A stretch of 64,000 nucleotides of DNA from Anthoceros angustus. Taxonomy: Eukaryota; Plantae; Anthocerotophyta. The DNA lies in the NCBI GenBank assembly GCA_010909165.1, contig MU008175.1, forward strand, positions 597,305-661,304. Direction: 5' to 3'. Both the position numbers and the translations under genes were made by a program. The notes below the pieces were generated by a model that saw only the letters and a program-made list of their open reading frames with translations, ran no database searches and was not told where the DNA came from. Shown here piece by piece: positions 57,703 to 64,000 of the stretch; position 1 is the first letter of the stretch, and each line of letters begins with the position of its first letter.

Positions 57703-59459
57703 CCTACACCTTATAAGTGTCTTTGAAGGTATGCTATGGTATTAACATCTCATACATCTTCTTAAAACGAAAAACACCAAAGCCTTTTCAACAACTTTGT
57801 CTTGAAGCGAAGATCTCAATGGGCTCAATTTGGAGCAAAGCTAGGATTTATCAAAGTGCGGCTATAGAAATAAGACTTATTTATATGTTTGTCATGTGGA
57901 TGATCGTCTTGCATCATAGGCGCATGCATATGGAGATGGAATTGTAAGCAAGAATCGTCGACGAATGCAAGCACATAAAGGAGGAGTAAACTAGCAATTT
58001 TGGAGGTGTTCTAAAATTTTGGAAACAACCTTAAAACTGAATTTAGTTCTAGACAAACCCAATTGATAGAATTGTAGAGCATAAATCTTGTTAGAGATGT
58101 AACTCCCAATTTAAATCATGAATAAATTGGACGTGGAAGTATTCTTGAGTGGGTACTTGCCTAAACGCAAGATGATCCATTGAGTAGGGATCACTAAACA
58201 AGACATACGCTACGTGCCAAGCGTTGAGAGACGCCTCTCCGTGGTGGTCGCGCTAACTCGAGAGTTGCAAAGCTCTCGGGGCCAAGTCTTTATGCGAGTA
58301 GCAAAAGAGGCTGCAACCAGGGTTTCCTTGAGGCGTAGCCTTGGATGGACTCGAGGGTGGTCTGTGGCGCAACTTTTGCTGACGGCCAGCCGGGTGCGCA
58401 CAATCCCGTGTCGTTGTAGCAAGGGGTCCGTTCCCAAGAGAATGATAGGCTCCGTTTGGCACGTTTTCAACCGATTCTCACCTCAATGTCGTGACCGTTT
58501 CGGACTCAAGCGCGCGTGTTCGCAGTTTTACGACTAACTACTCTTAGCGTTCACCGAACAGGCCCGGCATGGCCAAACGTTTAAGGACTTGTTCGCGTCC
58601 GTATCCTATCAGTCCGTCCCTCGTTCGTCTAGTCCGTTCTCCTCACCACTCTCACTACACTCATCATTCTTTGGAAAAGAGTGGGTGGGTTGCGTGGTCC
58701 GGACCTCCTCCGTCGTTCCGCCGGGCCTCTCCGTCCGGGCTCTACACGCCCTCCCGGAGTTCCTCCGACTCACTGCGTTCCACGGTCAGGTCAGCGCCGG
58801 GTCCGCCTGGAAGAGCAAGGGTCTCTGATCGTTCGCCCCTGCACACACCACCACACGTTAGGGTCGGTCACCAGGACCTTGATCAATCTCTCCGGGGCTG
58901 TCGTGCTTGCTCAGTGACTCAGGCCTCACGTTAGCAAAGACGCACAAGGGTCTACAAGAAACGCGGTATCCATCCCAAGAAAAAGATGCTTTACTAGAAG
59001 GCTCCATTCTCTTATACTACGCCCAAGGCGGCGTCTTTATTACACTCCTATTCGAGTGGTGGCCAGCTCGTATATAACTAATAGCCTACTACCTCCCCTC
59101 TTCCGCCTATTTCCACTGCCTACGGTGGAGTGCCCTTGGTTCGCCTCGGCCGGTGGCCCAATCCCGATACAGCGGTTGCGGGCGCGCAATCGAATGATCC
59201 ATGGCGGGCCCCGCCCGAGACTCTGTTAGGTTGAGCTACCGGCGGCGATCTGACAACCGCGGTAACCACCACATCCCCCTCTCCGTCCTCTCCTGGCCTC
59301 CGAGTGGGTCCCTGTCCTGTGGGGCTATCACCAGGTGACTGCTCCACCTAAGCAGGTTGGTGGTGATTCCCCCTCTCCTCCTGAGTCCGGACCTCGGGGT
59401 CCAGTCTCGACTCTGGGGTCCGGACCTCGGGGTCCGGCCTTATTTCTGGAGTCCAGACC

Positions 59460-60846
59460 TCAGGGTCCGGTCTCGTCTCTGGAGTCCGATCTTATTTCCG
59501 GGGTCCGGACTTCAGGTCTTGGACTCACGGGCCCTTGGACTTCGACATCTGGGGGTCCTCCCCACTCACCGGACCCCCCTCCTGGCTTGGGTCTTCCCGG
59601 TTTTCTCCTTCTCCACCCCCTTCGAGGCCCTCGTCCCTTCCTTCCCTTGAGGGTTGCGGCTGGCTTACCTCTTCTCGTTGTGTCGGCCGCGTTCTGCTCC
59701 TCCTGAGGCTCCTCTCCATTGCTGCCCTCGTCCCCGAAAAGCGCCACCAAGGCCCCGGTGGTTGTGCTATCCCCGGGACCCTCTTCTCCTCCCCCTCCTT
59801 CTGATCCATTCGGAGGTCCGTCGGTTGTGGGTTGGTATGAGACCTCCAAGGCTTTGAGGAGTTCGTGGTAGTAGGCAAAGTCCAGTCGACTTGTTGAATT
59901 GCCTCTTCCACATGCGCCTGAGCACCTTGCATTCTCTCGCTGTAGGTGCTCCATAGCCATTGGGCCGACCGCTTGTCTGGGCTCCCGCCAGACCGCCAAC
60001 CGGAGCGGAACTCGTGAGGCCAAGCCCTCGCCCCATTCATCCCGCATGAAGCTCCACCATCTCCTTCCCATGCGATCCGTAGCCCGCCTGGCCTCGCTCA
60101 TCCAAGTCCTCTCCATTTCGGCCACGCCCCGCCTCCTTGTTCCCGACCTCCTCCGCCTCTCCAAGTGGAGCCTATCTCCCGCCGTGGTCTCGTGATTATA
60201 CCTTGAGAGCCTGCTCATAATCGTCTTGAGCCGCAGCAAGGTTTCCTTATCCCCATCTCCGCCGCTTTTCCTCCGTCTGTGAGCTTGAGATCCTCCATCT
60301 CCCGGTTGTTGGCCTCTCTCTCGCACGCCGTCCATGCCTACTCACGCCGCTTGTTCGGCCTTCAAGTTGGCCGCGGTTGTTCCTGCCGTCTCCCTCCACC
60401 GGTTCCGATCTCGCTGATAGTGGTCCCGGTCTGTTTTAGCAAGCCGGCCTCCCGCCTTCACCCGAGCCTCCCAGGCTTGGTGTTGCTCCTGCCGAGCCGC
60501 CTCGGCCAGGTCCCGAGCCCTTTCCGCCTGTCTCCGGGCCTCCTCCAGCTCCCTCTGAGCTGCTTCCCTCCGCTTGCAAAGGTCCTCCGCCCTTGCTTGG
60601 GCCTCTCGCCTGGTTCAGCTGTTCGTACAGATGAAGGATCTTGGTCCGATCTTGTTGAACGGACCGGACCTCTCTCTCCGCCGCCCGGCGCTTCTCCTCC
60701 TCGATTCTCGCGAGGGACTCCGCCTTCTTCTTGGTCGCTTGGGCCGCCTCCACCTGCCCCTAGAGTAGCACCATTCGCCTCCTGGTGGCCTCCACTTCTT
60801 GGGTCTTCTCTGCCATTCCGTAGAGACCCCAGAGCATACCGTCCAT
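59460..60846 (-). pseudogene. Disrupted coiled-coil ORF of unknown function, probably TE-associated
   Basis: Frameshifted E/R/A-rich helical segments (AESLARIEEEKRRAAEREVRSVQQDRTKILHLYEQLNQAR) in a GC-rich, intron-free context next to a Gypsy 5' end. Confidence 0.45.
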
Positions 60847-61225
60847 GACGTGACACACGCCAAGAACGATGGCCGATGTGGAAGCTACCGAACGAAGGTG
60901 CCTCCAAACATAGCCGATTTGAGACAATGGAACCGATCCAGAAGGTACCTTGAGTGACTTTATAACGTGACTAGTAGCCGGTGAAGGATAAGTGTTAGAT
61001 GAATCGTTATTAAATTACCTAGATCTCCAAGTAACTAGACGGGATAAATAGGTTGCGTAGGAAATAGCTTTAACTTCAACGGACATTTAACCGCCAACAA
61101 CCAAGGTTGTTGGACGAGGGACAAAGCCTTCTTGGCCTGTCCCCGTCTCCTGTATATGTACCAGTATCTCAGCAATGAAAAGATGTCCAATCTCCAAAGT
61201 GCCTCTCATACGGTTGTAGCATCTG

Positions 61226-61238
61226 TGGTATCAGAGCC
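61226..61238 (+). other. Primer-binding site (tRNA-iMet) of an LTR retrotransposon
   Basis: tggtatcagagcc just after a putative LTR end (...tagca, 61221) and upstream of gag. Confidence 0.85.
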
Positions 61239-61540
61239 ACTGTCCTGCGAATCTTGGGTCCAGGACCCCGGATCTGAGATCGACGGACAGGATCGCCGTG
61301 GCTAGGCTGAACCGTGTGATTGGAAGGAGGCCCCAACGATCCGGGCAAAGAAAGTCATGAGGGACCAATCCACTCAAGATCGTGTACCAGGGATTCCTGC
61401 ACACCCCACCGATTGGGTTGGAGGACGCGAGCGCAACCCAGCCGCCGCCAGAAGGCACGCACTGACCCCTCGGCCCACAAAGTGGCACCCCGGGCCAGCC
61501 GGAGGGTAGGAGGGAGCAAGGCCATTCAGCCTGACGGGAC

Positions 61541-62443
61541 TTGAGCACGGAAGACGAGGAGCTGAAGAAACTTGTCGTGGAGCTCCTACCTGGCGAGAAG
61601 GACAACAAGGACATCAAAGCCATGGTGAGGCGTCTACAGCTGATGAGGTACGAGCACTGGGAGAACCAGCGAGGGAAATCAAGTGGGGAGGTGCAAGAGG
61701 GTGAGGAGTACCAATTCAAACCCAGGCCCCAACTTGACAAAGAACTCCAACGCAAGATCAAGACGACCACCTTTGATGGAGGAGCCAAGGATGCTCAGAG
61801 TGTCCACGACTGGTTAGATAAGATTGATAAATACCTTGCTGCTTTTGACAAGGATGACTTGCAGAAAATTCAGTTCTATGTTATGTCGTTGGAGGGATAC
61901 GCCTATCGATGGTGGTGCCAGCGGGAGAAACAAGTCGACCTCGGCATGGAGTCCCCTATTTACTCTTGGCCAGCCTTCCGACAGATCTTCCTTGAACAGT
62001 TTCTGCCAGTGAACCACCGCAAGGACCTGTACCAGCAATTCAGGAAGATTTTCCAACAAGGCACAATTCAAGAATATTATGACAAGTTTTTACAACTTAC
62101 ACTTGATATGCCCAGGTTGGATGAGGAACAGAAGATCGAGAAGTTCATAGATGGACTGAAGTTCGAGATGAGGGCAGATGTGAATCAAACGAACCCAACA
62201 ACCTTGGTGGAGGCCATGAAGGCGGCCATCAACTATGGCACCAACAAGTATAAGCATCTCTCCTCGACAGCCCCTTCCAAGCCCAAGTGGAGCAAGTCTG
62301 CCAACGCATCAGAAAAGAAGCCAACCTTCAAAATCCTCACGGAAGAAGAGAAGGAGGATTACAAGAAGGCCAGAAAGTGCTTCACCTGCACAGCATCCGG
62401 CCATGGCTCCAAGGCTTTGATGAGAATCATACACAAGCTCTAG
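61541..62443 (+). mobile_element. Ty3/Gypsy gag, truncated within the zinc knuckle
   Basis: TFDG..VHDWLDKIDKYL..SLEGYAYRWW..SWPAFRQIFLEQF..QQGTIQEYYDKF..KFIDGLK; CFTCTASGH lacks the final Cys; no pol follows. Confidence 0.88.
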
Positions 62444-64000
62444 CAATATGTGTTGCATTATATTCATAATAGAAAGTACATGCCTTTATGTAGGCAAGGT
62501 AGTTGTAACCAATAAGTGGTTGTAACAACTAACCAATTAAATAACTACTAAAAGAAACTACCTAGAGCCCTAAGGACTAAATTAATTATTAAGTCCTAGG
62601 TGCCCTAGTGAAGAGTGCCCTAATAGTAAGCTATTTTATCACTCCCACTCACTATGAACTAGGGGTGATTTTCGACCAAAAGAGGTCTAGGAAAACTAGT
62701 CTAGTAAAAACTAGTCCCTAACTAAACTTTACTTAAAGGCATAAAGTAAAACTTAAGGTAAAAACTGAAAGTAATAATCACTATTAAAATAACTCCCACT
62801 TAAGGAGAACGAGATGAGAAACTAATAACCCAACTTCAAGAATAGGTGGAATTAAAACTAATTAAAAGTATTTAAGCGGATTTATATATAGAGGAAAATC
62901 CAGAAAATACCCTAATTTCCGAAAAGGAAAATCAAAAGGATAATGGATAATACCCTTCTTCCTCAAACTTCACGAACGCGATCCCGACAACTTGGTGGTT
63001 GGTACATGTGCGGTGATGGCGATGGCGGAGGGTGGCTACCCGCAGCAAGGCGCCCATCCGCCCACGGAGGAGGCGCCGTGGCGCCATCGCGCCCGTGTCC
63101 CGAGCCCTCGCGGCCCTTCCGCGGCCGCGCCAGAGGCGGCGCCTTCCCGCCGCCAATCCGTCCGGCCCTTGCAAGGACGCTCACGGGCGCTACTGGCGCC
63201 CAAAACAAGATATAGAATATAGGAATGCAAAGATTAGAATTGCTAGGAAGTCTAGTAAGATAGTAGGAGATTCCATACTTATTGCTAACTTCATTGGCTC
63301 TATTCTAATCAAAGTAGAAGATCAAGGAGGCAAATAGAAATTGCTAGAAGAAACTTGCTTACTATCTTTAGTTTAAGTCAAGTGAAGCAATTAGAACTCG
63401 CTCTTGATCATATCCCAAATCTACAAGGTCCTCTTTCTTACATCTCCAATGCGGGTTCAACAAGCAGAACAAGCATAGAGGAGTTAGCAAGAGAAGTGCG
63501 TGATCTCAATAAGCGCCTCCTTGAGCATCTTGATCCAAACATCTTGGTTGTCTTCATCACAAACTTTCCCTTCTGCGCTTGTCATCGACAAACACGCCCG
63601 ATGAAAAGGTTTCTTCTTGCCTTGCTCCTTGCGATTTCATGCATGATGATGAGGAAATGCGTGGCGCTTGCGACTCTCTAAGCGCGGTGACCACTGCAAT
63701 GGTGGTTGGCGTGACGACGAGGAGGAGAAACAACAACATCGAGAGAGAGAGGAAGGATCCACCCAAAGATGAAGTACGACCTTGGTGGTGAATCACAACT
63801 ATGGTGACAGTTTTAAGGAGAAGGACACATTCAATGGGCGGTATGGCGTTTGGCGCTGCGAATCGTGCACTTTTCCATAATCGAGACCTATGGGGCGTTG
63901 TAAGTGGGTCCACACCCAAACCACGGTGGGGCTCAGAGCAAAGAAACAGGGCCGAGGATGAAAAAGCTCAAGACCTCCTCGATCGGTGGACTAGCACTTA

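Noticed and set aside
62450-64000. Possible LTR of a further nested element
   Set aside because: LTR-like composition, but no partner repeat, PBS or TSD within the window.

Overview
Eukaryotic nuclear DNA from a land plant with a compact genome. Short GT-AG introns, a PLS-class PPR gene, a Tcn1-like chromovirus and a CRE-type LINE suggest a seed-free lineage such as a lycophyte or hornwort; the taxon is an inference. Housekeeping genes: 5' end of a PPR gene, RPL35, tRNA-Leu(CAG), an NFD4-like MFS transporter, lipid phosphate phosphatase delta, complex I ferredoxin, CCT and a conserved hypothetical gene. Mobile DNA: a Gypsy chromovirus with LTRs and TSD, a CRE-clade RLE LINE, an RT-deleted Copia, a mariner-type MITE, a ~100-bp retroposon family and a partial Gypsy gag. 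Best leads: (1) three tandem three-exon genes in an AT-rich island (1.8-5.1 kb), only partly visible in the ORF track, each encoding a signal peptide plus one stand-alone 80-aa six-Cys PAN/Apple-type domain; (2) a neighbouring repeat-peptide precursor-like ORF that becomes continuous once the Gypsy insertion is removed; (3) two LRR receptor kinases joining a BIR-like 5-LRR ectodomain to an FLS2/LRR-XII-like non-RD kinase, one apparently active and one a pseudokinase. Several kb-scale tandem duplications (25-28.5, 39-41, 45-51 kb) look like assembly artefacts.
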